A DNA stretch of 63,886 nt, filler included, from Acetivibrio sp. (lineage in GTDB: Bacteria > Bacillota > Clostridia > Acetivibrionales > Acetivibrionaceae), in NCBI RefSeq assembly GCF_035371925.1. It is 3 parts of 3 records of this genome, joined end to end, with 100 filler letters (N's around TTAATTAATTAA, not from the genome) between each part and the next. Parts side by side here need not be neighbours in the genome. Positions count along the whole stretch, not along the records: positions 22,442 to 44,220 come from NZ_DAORXT010000050.1; 2 more parts are not named here. One strand, written 5' to 3'. The notes under the pieces were generated by a model that was not told the origin of the DNA, searched no databases, and saw only the letters and a list, made by a program, of their open reading frames with translations. The translations under genes and the position numbers were made by a program. Positions 31,315 to 41,982 of this stretch are shown piece by piece. The stretch's first letter is position 1, and every line of letters starts with the position of its first letter.

Positions 31315-31980
31315 ATGGGCCTTATAACATTAAAGGATTTAAAAAACAACGAAGAAATCAATTCCCTTTTTGAAGTGGCGGACAGGCAGCTTGCAGCATT
31401 GGGATATACCGAGCATTCCTTCAGGCATGTCGGATTGGTTGCCAAGGAAGCGGGAGAAATTCTTGAGACACTGGGATTTTCCGAACGGGAAGTTGAGCTT
31501 GCCAAAATCGCAGGTTATCTCCATGATATCGGAAATGCGGTAAACAGGGTGGACCATGCCCACTCCGGAGCTATACTGGCGTACAATATTTTGACCAAAA
31601 TGGGTATGAGCTACAGTGAGGCGGCGGAGATAATGCTGGCTATCGGAAATCACGACGAGAATACGGGAGCGCCTGTAAGCAATATTTCTGCGGCTCTTAT
31701 CCTTGCAGACAAATCCGATGTTCACAGGACCCGCGTAAGAAACAATGACATGGCGACTTTCGATATCCATGACAGGGTAAACTATGCCGTTGAAAACTCT
31801 GATTTATATGTGGATAAAGAAAAGAAGCTGGTGGTTTTGGAGCTTAAAATTGATACAAAAATCTGCCCCGTGATGGATTATTTTGAAATATTCCTGGTTC
31901 GAATGACCATGAACCGCAGGGCTGCAGAATTTTTAGGGCTTAAATTCAAGCTTATAATTAATGGAACCCACCTCCTTTAG
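31315..31980 (+). CDS. HD-domain phosphohydrolase
   Basis: EHSFRH, LHDIG, NHD and ADKSD motifs. Confidence 0.85.
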   Translation: MGLITLKDLKNNEEINSLFEVADRQLAALGYTEHSFRHVGLVAKEAGEILETLGFSEREVELAKIAGYLHDIGNAVNRVDHAHSGAILAYNILTKMGMSYSEAAEIMLAIGNHDENTGAPVSNISAALILADKSDVHRTRVRNNDMATFDIHDRVNYAVENSDLYVDKEKKLVVLELKIDTKICPVMDYFEIFLVRMTMNRRAAEFLGLKFKLIINGTHLL

Positions 31981-32069
31981 CCTGTGTTTTTTATCCGAAA
32001 AGTTTGGTATTATAAAATTTATTAAAGAATTATGTATTATGGAATTTAATTTAGAAAAAATATATTATA

Positions 32070-32098
32070 TTGACTCAATTTTGTGGAAGTTATATAAT
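32070..32098 (+). promoter_or_regulatory. sigma-A promoter for secDF
   Basis: TTGACT-N17-TATAAT. Confidence 0.65.
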
Positions 32099-32137
32099 AT
32101 CCACATGTGAAAAGATTAAAAAGGGGGAATTTTACAA

Positions 32138-33475
32138 ATGAAGCTAAGCAGCGGGATTAAGAGCTTCTTGGTTTTGGCAATTATTGCAGCTATGACCGCT
32201 ATTGTTCTTGTTGGATTAAAGATTCCAAATTCGGATTATTCAATACCCAAGGCTTATGACGGTATCCGGTATGGAATTGATATAAGCGGTGGAGTTAGCG
32301 CTGTTCTTACAGCTCCTGATGGGGTAAAGCCTACTGACGATGAGCTGGAAACTGTGAAAGAAATAATTGATACAAGACTTGAAGGAAAACAGATTTACGA
32401 CAAGACTGTAACAGTGGACAAGGTTAACAGAAGAGTACTGGTTGAAATACCGTACAAAAAAGGCAGTGAGGCTGCTGATCCATATGAGACAATTGCCGAT
32501 ATTGGAGCAACCGCAATGCTGTCCTTCAGGGAAGTTGATGAAGACAAGGTAGATCCTGAGACCGGAGCTTATGAAATGTCCGACAAAATAGTTCTTCAGG
32601 GTAAGGATATAGAAAGTGCCGTGGCTGAGACAGATCCTCAGACACAGTTGGCCGTTGTAAGGCTAATATTTAGCGATGAGGGAGCCAAAAAGTTTGAAGA
32701 GGCTACTGGAAGACTGATTGGACAAAGAATTGCGATATATCTTGACGATCAGTTGGTTTCAGACCCTATAGTTAATGAAAAAATATCCGGTAAGGACAAA
32801 GCAGTAATAAATCTCGGTACTACTGACAGGGAAGAATCCATAGTGCGAGCAAAAGAGCTTGCTGCCATAATCAGATCCGGTGCTTTGCCTTTTAAACTTG
32901 AAGCAAAGGACGTAAATCACATTAGCCCGATTATAGGTGAGAATGCACTTAATATAAGTATATATGCAGGTGCTGTTGCACTTCTTTTGGTATGGTTGTT
33001 TATGCTGCTCTATTACAGAGTTCCGGGATTGGTTGCGGATATGGCACTCCTTGGACAAGCCGCAGCAGTTATATTGATACTTGTTTTGACCGGTATGACC
33101 CTTACTCTCCCCGGTATAGCAGGTATGATTCTTACTGTGGGTATGAGCGTTGACGCCAATGTAATTATCTTTGAGAGAATCAAGGAAGAAATCAAGAGCG
33201 GCAAAACCGTTCAGGCTGCTGTTGATTTGGGCTTTGACAGAGCGTTTGCAGCAATACTTGACGGTAACTTGACCACATTGATAACTGCGGTAATCCTCTA
33301 TTACTTTGGAACAGGTCCGGTTAGATCTTTTGCTATTACTCTCGGCCTTGGTGTAATACTTAATTTTGTTACCGCAATATATGGAACAAAGATTGTTTTG
33401 AAAGCCTTGGCTGAAATCCGTGCTTTAAGAAAACCGTGGCTTTTTGGAGCTAAAGGAGGTACCGCAAATGTTTGA
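32138..33475 (+). CDS. secD: Protein translocase subunit SecD
   Basis: GIDISGG, IRSGALP, LTLPGIAGMIL.VGMSVDANVIIFERIKEE. Confidence 0.95.
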   Translation: MKLSSGIKSFLVLAIIAAMTAIVLVGLKIPNSDYSIPKAYDGIRYGIDISGGVSAVLTAPDGVKPTDDELETVKEIIDTRLEGKQIYDKTVTVDKVNRRVLVEIPYKKGSEAADPYETIADIGATAMLSFREVDEDKVDPETGAYEMSDKIVLQGKDIESAVAETDPQTQLAVVRLIFSDEGAKKFEEATGRLIGQRIAIYLDDQLVSDPIVNEKISGKDKAVINLGTTDREESIVRAKELAAIIRSGALPFKLEAKDVNHISPIIGENALNISIYAGAVALLLVWLFMLLYYRVPGLVADMALLGQAAAVILILVLTGMTLTLPGIAGMILTVGMSVDANVIIFERIKEEIKSGKTVQAAVDLGFDRAFAAILDGNLTTLITAVILYYFGTGPVRSFAITLGLGVILNFVTAIYGTKIVLKALAEIRALRKPWLFGAKGGTANV

Positions 33476-34418
33476 TTACGTTGGTAAGAGAAAATACTTT
33501 TTCATATTATCTGCTGTGTTGTTGTTAATTGGGTTGGTTGCGTTAATAGTACGTGGGGGACTTAACCTTGATATTCAATTTAAGGGTGGAACTCAAATAG
33601 AAATAGAAATGGAAAATGGGGATTTTGATGCCAACAGGGCCGAGAATTTAGCTCAAGAGGCAGTCGGTAAAAGTGGTATTCACGCACAAAAGTCTCAGAC
33701 ATTGGATGCCCAAAACAGCAATCAAGCTATCAGTTTTCTTGTTATCAAGTCCAGCGGTAAGCTTACCGATGATGAGCGTAACAAGGTTCTTTCCGCACTT
33801 AGGGCCGAATTTAATATAAAAGAAGATGCTGAAATGATTGTAAGGGATGTTGACCCTTCAATAGGATCGGAATTACTTACTAAAAGTTTGATTGCAGTTG
33901 TTTTATCTTTGGTATTGCTGGTTTTGTATATTGGAATAAGGTTTAAGATGATGTCGGGACTTTTAGCGGGATTTACTGCTGTTTTGGCGGTATTGCACGA
34001 CGTTTTGATGATGGTTGCGGTATATGCGGTATTCAATATACCTGTCAATGATTCCTTTATTGCAGCTATATTGACCATATTGGGATACTCCGTTAACGAT
34101 ACCATAGTAATATACGACAGAATCAGGGAAAACAGCAAGATATCCAGAAAGGACTCTATAAAGGATCTTGTAAACAAAAGTATTACCCAATCCATGTCAA
34201 GAACAATAAATACTACGGTGTCCACATTAATATGCGTAATAACGGTTTATGCATTCTCTGTATATAACGGAATCGGTTCAATGGAGGAGTTTACTTTCCC
34301 ATTGATAATAGGTCTTATCAGCGGAACATATTCTACAATATTTATTGCAAGCCCGCTTTGGGAATTGCTTAAGGAAAAGCAGGCGAAGAAAAAAGCTTCC
34401 CAACCTGCAAAAGCTTAA
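33468..34418 (+). CDS. secF: Protein translocase subunit SecF
   Basis: IQFKGGT, HDV, GYSVNDTIVIYDRIRE, SRTINT, GTYSTIFIA; RBS before ATG 33468. Confidence 0.95.
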   Translation: MFDYVGKRKYFFILSAVLLLIGLVALIVRGGLNLDIQFKGGTQIEIEMENGDFDANRAENLAQEAVGKSGIHAQKSQTLDAQNSNQAISFLVIKSSGKLTDDERNKVLSALRAEFNIKEDAEMIVRDVDPSIGSELLTKSLIAVVLSLVLLVLYIGIRFKMMSGLLAGFTAVLAVLHDVLMMVAVYAVFNIPVNDSFIAAILTILGYSVNDTIVIYDRIRENSKISRKDSIKDLVNKSITQSMSRTINTTVSTLICVITVYAFSVYNGIGSMEEFTFPLIIGLISGTYSTIFIASPLWELLKEKQAKKKASQPAKA

Positions 34419-34451
34419 GCGGATTTTCTGGCTTTGATGGTACAGACACAT

Positions 34452-34490
34452 AAATTGGGTAGAGGTTAAAGCTTCTATCCAATTTTTATT
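34452..34490 (+). terminator. Intrinsic terminator after secF
   Basis: AAATTGGGTAGA/TCTATCCAATTT stem plus T-rich tail. Confidence 0.7.
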
Positions 34491-34506
34491 TATTTCAATT
34501 TTTATA

Positions 34507-34535
34507 TTGTAATATAGCTGTGACTGTGCTAATAT
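34507..34535 (+). promoter_or_regulatory. sigma-A promoter for the pan leader/operon
   Basis: TTGTAA-N17-TAATAT with TGn extension. Confidence 0.55.
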
Positions 34536-34546
34536 TTAACTAGACT

Positions 34547-34647
34547 CAGGTGGTATCGATTTGAACCGCACTGTAGATATTATTTTAAAAGAATTATTTT
34601 TTGAATTTTTTCTGCTTTGATCCGAGATATGGACAGAGACAGGGGGG
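34547..34647 (+). ncRNA. Tandem pan-motif-like cis-regulatory hairpins upstream of panBCD
   Basis: Two stem-loops (34547-34573, 34608-34647), each with two bulged A in the same geometry. Confidence 0.7.
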
Positions 34648-34682
34648 TATATCAAGAATATATTTGCCTATTGCTTAATATC

Positions 34683-34710
34683 AGTCAATCCTGTCGGGTT
34701 GACTTTTTTG
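34683..34710 (+). terminator. Leader attenuator terminator upstream of panB
   Basis: AGTCAATCC-TGTC-GGGTTGACT stem plus TTTTT. Confidence 0.8.
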
Positions 34711-34711
34711 A

Positions 34712-34785
34712 TTTGGCCTCTTGGAATGAAATGAAAGAGGCAAAAGCGAAGGGACTCGATGTCCCGAGCTTTTATTTTGGTAAGA
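34712..34785. repeat. About 75-bp structured dispersed repeat, copy 2
   Basis: Near-identical to 10869-10943. Confidence 0.85.
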
Positions 34786-34873
34786 AGTACTTTATTTTTG
34801 GTAAGAATATATTTATAGTTGAAATTTGCCGGGACCATATAGGGGGTTCATAATATATAAAACGGAAGAAGGT

Positions 34874-35731
34874 ATGACTATGAATGACAAGTTTACAACA
34901 GCAAGCTTTTTAGAATCAAAAAAACAGGGCAGAAAAATCAGTATGCTGACAGCTTATGACTACCCGACCGCCAAAATTTTGGACGAAGCCGGAGTGGACT
35001 GTATACTGGTGGGAGATTCCTTGGGAATGGTGGTTTTGGGATATGAGGATACTACACGGGTGACAATGGATGATATGGTACATCATACAAAGGCCGTTGC
35101 ACGGGGAGTAAAAAGGGCAATGGTCGTTTCCGATATGCCGTTTTTATCCTATCATACAGGAAAAAATGACAGCGTGAGAAATGCCGGAAGACTTATGTCC
35201 GAAGGAGGCTGCAAGGCTGTTAAGCTTGAAGGCGGCGAGGATATAATTGAGGACGTTAAGGCCATTATCAGTGCCGGAATACCGGTAGTCGGACACCTTG
35301 GATACACTCCTCAGTCGATAAATGTTTTCGGGGGACACAAGGCCCAGGGCAAGACTATTGACACAGCAAAAAAAATATACCGGGATGCTCTTCTCTTGCA
35401 AAAAGCAGGGGTTTTTGCCGTGGTCTTGGAGTGCGTGCCGTACAAACTTGCGGCGTTTATTTCCAAGAGATTGGATATACCTACAATAGGAATCGGTTCC
35501 GGTCCGGACTGTGACGGGCAGGTTCTTGTTATACATGATTTGACCGGTATGTTTCCGGACTTTACCCCAAAGCATGTCAAGAAATATGCCGATATGGGAA
35601 AAACCATATCTGAGGCTGCAAAAAGCTATATAGAAGAAGTTCAAAGCGGAGTATTTCCTACAGAGAAAAACTCTTTTACGGTGGATGATTCAATTATTGG
35701 TGAGCTTGAGAAAAATAAATTTGACATTTAA
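34874..35731 (+). CDS. panB: 3-methyl-2-oxobutanoate hydroxymethyltransferase
   Basis: MLTAYDY, LVGDSLG, VKLEGG, GHLGYTPQ, CDGQVLV. Confidence 0.97.
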   Translation: MTMNDKFTTASFLESKKQGRKISMLTAYDYPTAKILDEAGVDCILVGDSLGMVVLGYEDTTRVTMDDMVHHTKAVARGVKRAMVVSDMPFLSYHTGKNDSVRNAGRLMSEGGCKAVKLEGGEDIIEDVKAIISAGIPVVGHLGYTPQSINVFGGHKAQGKTIDTAKKIYRDALLLQKAGVFAVVLECVPYKLAAFISKRLDIPTIGIGSGPDCDGQVLVIHDLTGMFPDFTPKHVKKYADMGKTISEAAKSYIEEVQSGVFPTEKNSFTVDDSIIGELEKNKFDI

Positions 35732-35789
35732 AGATTGTATATATTAATATTGAACTATTAGACATAAAACAAACAAGGGAGTATATATT

Positions 35790-36635
35790 ATGAGAGTAAT
35801 TGAGACAATCAGTGACTTAAAAGCTATAGTGAGAACTCAAAAGAGCATTGGCAGGACAATCGGTTTTGTGCCGACAATGGGATATCTTCACGAAGGACAT
35901 TTGTCTTTGGTAAATATGTCGGTGCATAATCATGACTATACAATTATGAGTATTTTTGTAAACCCCACACAGTTTGGTCCAAACGAGGACTTTGACAGAT
36001 ATCCGAGGGACATGGAGAGAGATTTGAGGCTTGCGGAGGCAGCGGGAGTTGATGTGGTGTTTGCTCCGTCCGTTAAAGAAATGTATCCCGACGGATTCAA
36101 AACCTATGTAAATGTGGAGGGTATAACCGAAGTTCTCTGCGGTAAATCAAGGCCGGGACATTTTAGAGGTGTTACGACAATTGTAACCAAACTTTTCAAT
36201 ATTGTTGAACCTCACAGGGCATATTTCGGGCAGAAGGACGCCCAGCAGGTTGCGGTAATAAAGAAAATGGTAAAAGACCTAAATATGAACGTTGAAATCA
36301 TAACCTGCCCCATAGTGCGCGAAGAAGACGGACTTGCCATGAGCTCGAGAAATGTGTATTTAAGTGACGAGGATAGAAAATCGGCACTTATACTTTCAAA
36401 ATCCCTGATGGAATCCGAGGAGCTTATAAAAAATGGCGAAACTAGTGGGGACAAAATCAAAAAGTATATAATTGACAGGATACAAACAGAAAAAAATGCG
36501 CAGATTGATTATGTTGAAGTGGTGAATGCGGATACTCTAGAAAGTATTGATGAAATTAAAGGAAAGGTTCTTATAGCATTGGCCGTCAGGTTCGGGAGTA
36601 CAAGGCTTATTGACAATATAATTGTGGAGGTGTAA
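35790..36635 (+). CDS. panC: Pantoate--beta-alanine ligase
   Basis: [38 protein letters not shown]. Confidence 0.97.
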   Translation: MRVIETISDLKAIVRTQKSIGRTIGFVPTMGYLHEGHLSLVNMSVHNHDYTIMSIFVNPTQFGPNEDFDRYPRDMERDLRLAEAAGVDVVFAPSVKEMYPDGFKTYVNVEGITEVLCGKSRPGHFRGVTTIVTKLFNIVEPHRAYFGQKDAQQVAVIKKMVKDLNMNVEIITCPIVREEDGLAMSSRNVYLSDEDRKSALILSKSLMESEELIKNGETSGDKIKKYIIDRIQTEKNAQIDYVEVVNADTLESIDEIKGKVLIALAVRFGSTRLIDNIIVEV

Positions 36636-36639
36636 AGAT

Positions 36640-37020
36640 ATGTTTATAACATTGATGAAATCCAAGATTCATCGTGCCACAGTAACCGAAGCAAACTTGG
36701 ATTATGTAGGCAGCATTACAATTGATGAAGATTTGATGGATGCTGCCGATATAATAGAAAATGAGAAGGTTCAGGTGGTTGACAATAACAATGGAAACAG
36801 GTTTGAAACCTACGTCATTAAAGGTGAAAGAGGAAGCGGGATGATTTGTCTCAATGGCGCGGCTGCAAGGCTTGTACATCCCGGAGATTTGATAATTATA
36901 ATTTCCTATGGAATATTTGACAGGGAGGAGGCAAAGTCCTTTAATCCCAAAATACTGTTTGTGGATGAAAAGAATAAGATAATTAATATTAAAAACAAAG
37001 AAAAGCATGGTGAAATATAA
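36640..37020 (+). CDS. panD: Aspartate 1-decarboxylase
   Basis: [18 protein letters not shown] cleavage site, NGAAAR. Confidence 0.97.
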   Translation: MFITLMKSKIHRATVTEANLDYVGSITIDEDLMDAADIIENEKVQVVDNNNGNRFETYVIKGERGSGMICLNGAAARLVHPGDLIIIISYGIFDREEAKSFNPKILFVDEKNKIINIKNKEKHGEI

Positions 37021-37070
37021 AGGTTAAGAATTGAAAAATCCCTTTTCGGGATTGTTCGATTCTTAACCTT
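37021..37070. terminator. Bidirectional terminator between panD and the convergent ORF
   Basis: AAGGTTAAGAAT/ATTCTTAACCTT outer stem with an inner AATCCC/GGGATT stem. Confidence 0.6.
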
Positions 37071-37335
37071 TTCCTGTTGCAAAATCAATAACGAGACCTC
37101 CGATTATTGCTTCTGCAAGAATAGTAAAGCTGGTCTTTACAATCAGAGTTCCTAAATAATAAGTATAGTCATTGGAATAAAATACTGTCTGATACATGAC
37201 AATAGTCACTGCACCGAGCAAAAACAGCCCGATGAAAGTAAAAATACCGTATTTGATAATAAGCTTTGAAAGACGGTTTAATTTATTAAATTCCTTTGCT
37301 ATCTTTTCAATTTTCTTCATTTTATTTATTTGCAT
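37063..37335 (-). CDS. Small two-TM hypothetical protein
   Basis: GGGGTG RBS; two hydrophobic helices. Confidence 0.6.
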   Translation of the reverse strand: MQINKMKKIEKIAKEFNKLNRLSKLIIKYGIFTFIGLFLLGAVTIVMYQTVFYSNDYTYYLGTLIVKTSFTILAEAIIGGLVIDFATGKG

Positions 37336-37629
37336 ATCTAATGAGCACCCCTTTTACATGATATAAATTATAATAAATCCCCTTTGGGGGACAGTTTTAA
37401 AAAATATTCATTTTAATTTCACAGCCTGCAAATAGACATAATTAATGTGCAGTTATGAGAATATTTAAAACAGTGACGGATATTACTGCACTTTATAAAT
37501 GTTAACATAAAACACATGCATCATCAATGCAAAAAGTTTACCATCAAGACAATGTATACAAAAATTTATAAACTATATAGGAGAAATATTCGATAATAAT
37601 ATAAACAGACATAGAATTGGGGGAATAGT

Positions 37630-38661
37630 GTGTCAAAAGTATTTTTACCTTTAAAAGAAGTGAAACCGGGTATGAGAATTGCCGAAACAATAGTGAATGA
37701 TTACGGTTCAATAGTGATTTCCGAAGGAACAATATTGGACAGCCACATGATAAAGAAACTTGTTAATCTAAATTACGACAAGGTTAGGATAATAGAAAAG
37801 GAGTTCATCGCTTCGGAAATTTCCGAGAGCTTCAATACCTCCTATAATTCGAGTGTTAATAGTTTTAAAACTATTCTTTTTGATGCGGCCATAGGCAAGA
37901 ATATTAGTATGGACAAGGTTGACAAAGTTGTTACTTCTGTAGTTGCAAGATTGGACGAAAAAAGGGATATAGTAAGGTGTATAAATCAAATCAAGAGTGC
38001 GGATCAATATACTTACACCCATTGTGTAAATGTGTCGCTCCTTTGCATGCTATTGGGAAAATGGCTGGGCTTTAGCAAGGACAAACTTATTAAGCTTGTT
38101 CAAGCCGGCTTGCTTCATGATATAGGTAAATCAAAGGTACCGACGGAAATTTTGAACAAGCCTTCAAAACTTACTTCGGAGGAATATGAAGAGATTAAAA
38201 AACATCCGGTATACGGTTATAGAATGCTTGAAAAGGAACACGAGATAGACCAGGAGGTTCGTGTTGCCGTTCTCATGCATCATGAGAGAATGGACGGAAC
38301 CGGTTATCCTACCGGAGCTAAGGGAGATCAAATAAATATGATGGCAAGGATTATTGCAGTAGCGGATATATATGATGCTATGACATCAAACAGGGTATAT
38401 AGGGAAAAAGAAAGTCCTTTTGAGGTGTTTCATATAATGGAGGAAGAAGCTGTCGGCAAGCTTGATTTGACGGTGGTCAACGCTTTTCTGAGCAATATAG
38501 CTGCATACTATGTTGGAGACTTTGCAAGGCTTAGTACAGGCGAAGTGTGTGAAATTGTATACATAAATCCAAGGCTTGTATCGAGACCGATTATAAGAGT
38601 GGATGACAAGTACATTGACCTTTCAAAGGAAAAAGAGTTAAAAATACTTGAAATATTATAA
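37630..38661 (+). CDS. HD-GYP domain protein (putative c-di-GMP phosphodiesterase)
   Basis: TYTHCVNV, LLHDIGK, HHERMDGTGYP, VADIYDAMTS. Confidence 0.88.
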   Translation: MSKVFLPLKEVKPGMRIAETIVNDYGSIVISEGTILDSHMIKKLVNLNYDKVRIIEKEFIASEISESFNTSYNSSVNSFKTILFDAAIGKNISMDKVDKVVTSVVARLDEKRDIVRCINQIKSADQYTYTHCVNVSLLCMLLGKWLGFSKDKLIKLVQAGLLHDIGKSKVPTEILNKPSKLTSEEYEEIKKHPVYGYRMLEKEHEIDQEVRVAVLMHHERMDGTGYPTGAKGDQINMMARIIAVADIYDAMTSNRVYREKESPFEVFHIMEEEAVGKLDLTVVNAFLSNIAAYYVGDFARLSTGEVCEIVYINPRLVSRPIIRVDDKYIDLSKEKELKILEIL

Positions 38662-38793
38662 TTGATAATTGGAAATATTATTTGATGTTGGGGCATGCAA
38701 GAGAAACATTATGTTTTATTTAGAAGGAAACCTGTGAGTTTTGTATAATATAATTACAGGTGTTTTTTTATTTGCAGGGAGGTGTAACTTGCG

Positions 38794-39789
38794 ATGCTCA
38801 TACGTGAAGAACTGGAAAAGCTTGAAGATGAAATTTTGTCACCTTATGCGGCAAAAAGCGCCCAGTCCCTCGGCAGAATGCGCGAGGAAAAAGAATGTGA
38901 TGTAAGGACGCGGTTTCAAAGAGATAGAGATAGAATATTGTATTCAAAAGCTTTTCGGCGGTTAAAACATAAAACTCAAGTTTTTCTTTCACCGGAGGGG
39001 GACCATTACAGGACGAGATTGACTCATACTCTTGAGGTTTCACAGATAGCAAGGACTATTGCAAAGAGCCTTAGACTAAACGAGGATTTGACAGAGGCAA
39101 TATCTTTAGGGCATGACTTGGGACATACACCCTTTGGACATGCCGGCGAAAGAGTTCTAAATGAGATATGTCCCCATGGATTTAAGCATAATGAGCAGAG
39201 CTTGAGAGTTGTGGATATACTGGAAAGGGACAACGGACTAAACCTCACTTGGGAAGTTAGAAACGGAATACTAAACCACACGGGAGACACAATTTCAGCA
39301 ACTTTGGAAGGGCAGATTATAAGGTTTGCCGACAGAATAGCATATATTAATCATGATATAGATGATGCCATAAGAGGAGGTATTATTTCGGAAGACAGTC
39401 TTCCGAAAGAGTGCACCAAAGTATTGGGCGCCAGTTCCAGCCGAAGAATAAACAATATGATTGTGAATATTATAAACAATAGTAAAGACAGGGACTCAAT
39501 AAAAATGAGCAGTGAATTTTACGAAGCAATGAATGAGCTTAGAAATTTTATGTTCGACAATGTGTATATAGGGTCGAAAGCTAAAAAGGATGAAATAAAA
39601 GCCCAAAATATTATAAAAGAGCTTTACAACTACATTAAAGAAAGACCGGAATATCTTTCCGAGGAAGCGGCGAAAATGCTTCAACATTCGGATATCGACA
39701 GAGTTGTTTGCGATTATATTGCCGGAATGACAGATCGATATGCGGTTAAAAAATTTCACGAAATATTTATACCCGAATCATGGCACTGA
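38794..39789 (+). CDS. dgt: Deoxyguanosinetriphosphate triphosphohydrolase-like protein
   Basis: FQRDRDRI, RLKHKTQVF, RTRLTHTLEV, HDLGH, DYIAGMTD. Confidence 0.92.
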   Translation: MLIREELEKLEDEILSPYAAKSAQSLGRMREEKECDVRTRFQRDRDRILYSKAFRRLKHKTQVFLSPEGDHYRTRLTHTLEVSQIARTIAKSLRLNEDLTEAISLGHDLGHTPFGHAGERVLNEICPHGFKHNEQSLRVVDILERDNGLNLTWEVRNGILNHTGDTISATLEGQIIRFADRIAYINHDIDDAIRGGIISEDSLPKECTKVLGASSSRRINNMIVNIINNSKDRDSIKMSSEFYEAMNELRNFMFDNVYIGSKAKKDEIKAQNIIKELYNYIKERPEYLSEEAAKMLQHSDIDRVVCDYIAGMTDRYAVKKFHEIFIPESWH

Positions 39790-40146
39790 TCAAAAAAGCC
39801 CAACAACCTGTGTTTTGGGCTGAATTTATGTTAAACGTATAAATTGGCAATAAAGTTGAAAGAATATCTAAAAATATTTGTTTTTATTTTAGAGTATTTA
39901 AAGAAGGAAAATTTATTTTTATGAAGAATAAAATAAAATCGTATTATGGTGGTTTTTCATTTAATATCCGTGCTATAATAATGGGGCGTTATTTCTTAGA
40001 ATTAAATATGCTGATTAACAAAAAAAGAAGGAATATGAGCAAATATGTCGAAGAATATAGTTGAAACGTGGTAAACATCCTATTTATCAAATAATTGGTT
40101 TTTATAATTTTTATAAAGGAGTTGTTTTAGGAAAGAAGAGTATAGA

Positions 40147-41949
40147 ATGTATAAACATTATTCGGAAGAATTGATAGAAGAAATTAGAATTAACAATGAT
40201 ATTTTGAGTGTTGTGGGGGAGTACGTCAAACTGGAGAGAAAAGGCAGGAATTATTTCGGACTATGTCCATTCCACAGTGAAAAAACCCCTTCATTCAGTG
40301 TAGACCCGAGTAAGCAGCTATATTATTGTTTTGGGTGCGGAAAGGGCGGAAGTGTCATACAGTTTGTTATGGAGGCAGAGAACCTTGACTATATTGAAGC
40401 AATCAAGCTGTTGGCGGAGAGAGCAAGGATACAGCTGCCCGAAGGAGACAATGAAGAAGAAAGAATTATCGCTCGAAAAAAGCAGGAGCTTTTGAAAATT
40501 AATATTGAAGCGGCTCGCTTTTTCTATGAGCAGCTTAATGAGAAAAAAAATTCCGCCCCAAGGGAGTATTTGAATAAGAGAAAGGTCAGCGGAAATATTG
40601 CCAGAAAATTTGGCTTGGGTTATTCGCTGGAAGAATGGGATTCACTATACAATCATTTAAAAAAGAAAGGCTATAGTGATGAAATACTTTTAGACAGCGG
40701 ATTGGTTTTAAAAGGCAAAAACGGCGGTTTTTACGACAGGTTTAGAGGTAGAGTTATATTTCCAATATTTGATTTGAGGGGAAATGTTATTGGTTTTGGC
40801 GGGAGAGTCTTGGATAATTCCACTCCAAAATATATGAACTCCCCGGAAACGTTGGTTTACAATAAAAGAAAAAATCTTTATGCCCTGAACTTTGCAAAAA
40901 ATTCGGGAGAAAAAAGAATAATTGTAGTTGAAGGATATATGGATGTAATATCCCTATTTCAGTTTGGAATAATAAATACTGTAGCATCTCTTGGCACTGC
41001 TTTGACTGAAAACCAGGGAAGGATATTGAAAAAATATGCAGAAGAGATAATTATATCCTATGATGCGGATACTGCAGGAATGGCTGCAACAATGAGAGGG
41101 CTTGACTTGCTCAATGATATCGGGTGCAACGTAAAGGTTCTTACCATACCTTACGGAAAGGACCCGGATGAGTTCGTCAAAAAGAACGGCCCTGAAGCAT
41201 TTAACAAGCTGGTGGAAAATGCACTTTCATTGATTGAGTATAAAATAAAGGCTTTAAAATCTACTATAGATACAAATACTACTGAGGGAAAGATTAATTT
41301 TTTAAACAGGGCTGCGGATTTACTGTCAAAAGTTAGCAATAATATGGAAAGAGAGATGTATATTAAGAAAATTTCAAAGGAGTATGATATAAGCCAGGAA
41401 TCGATATATGCAGAAGTACTTAAAAGAATAAAGCCCAAAACAGCTTTTAAACCTTTGGCGAAGCCTTTGACGGCAAAAGCTGACAACAATAGGCTTAAGT
41501 TTGATAAAAGCAATGAAAAAAGTAGTTCCGACAGCATTGTTGATTGTGAAAGAATGCTGCTCAGTCTTCTTAGCATTGATAATTCTTTATATAAAGTAGT
41601 AAAAGACAAAATAATTATTGATGAATTTAAAAGTGAGGAAAACAAAGAAATAGCAAAGATTATTTTTAAACGTTTCGAAGACAGGAAGGGAATAGTTCCG
41701 GCAGAGCTTATAAATTTGGCCGGCGAAGAATCTTCGGGCGTGTTTGCAAGATTAATACAGGGGGAATGTAATTTTGATGATAACATAAAGGCAGTTATGG
41801 ATATAATTAAAAAAATGGAGTTATACCGTTTGAAGGACAGGCAGAGAGAGATACTCCAGCTGATTTCTTCCGGAAATCTTTCTAATGAAGAGACGGAGAA
41901 ACTGAAATTGGAGCTAAAGACAGTATTATTGAAAATGAAAAGTATATAG
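40147..41949 (+). CDS. dnaG: DNA primase
   Basis: CPFHSEKTPSF..CFGC zinc finger; VVEGYMDV and YDAD TOPRIM motifs. Confidence 0.97.
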   Translation: MYKHYSEELIEEIRINNDILSVVGEYVKLERKGRNYFGLCPFHSEKTPSFSVDPSKQLYYCFGCGKGGSVIQFVMEAENLDYIEAIKLLAERARIQLPEGDNEEERIIARKKQELLKINIEAARFFYEQLNEKKNSAPREYLNKRKVSGNIARKFGLGYSLEEWDSLYNHLKKKGYSDEILLDSGLVLKGKNGGFYDRFRGRVIFPIFDLRGNVIGFGGRVLDNSTPKYMNSPETLVYNKRKNLYALNFAKNSGEKRIIVVEGYMDVISLFQFGIINTVASLGTALTENQGRILKKYAEEIIISYDADTAGMAATMRGLDLLNDIGCNVKVLTIPYGKDPDEFVKKNGPEAFNKLVENALSLIEYKIKALKSTIDTNTTEGKINFLNRAADLLSKVSNNMEREMYIKKISKEYDISQESIYAEVLKRIKPKTAFKPLAKPLTAKADNNRLKFDKSNEKSSSDSIVDCERMLLSLLSIDNSLYKVVKDKIIIDEFKSEENKEIAKIIFKRFEDRKGIVPAELINLAGEESSGVFARLIQGECNFDDNIKAVMDIIKKMELYRLKDRQREILQLISSGNLSNEETEKLKLELKTVLLKMKSI

Positions 41950-41982
41950 AGAGATACATCTTAATGAACGGAGGGGCAGTAA

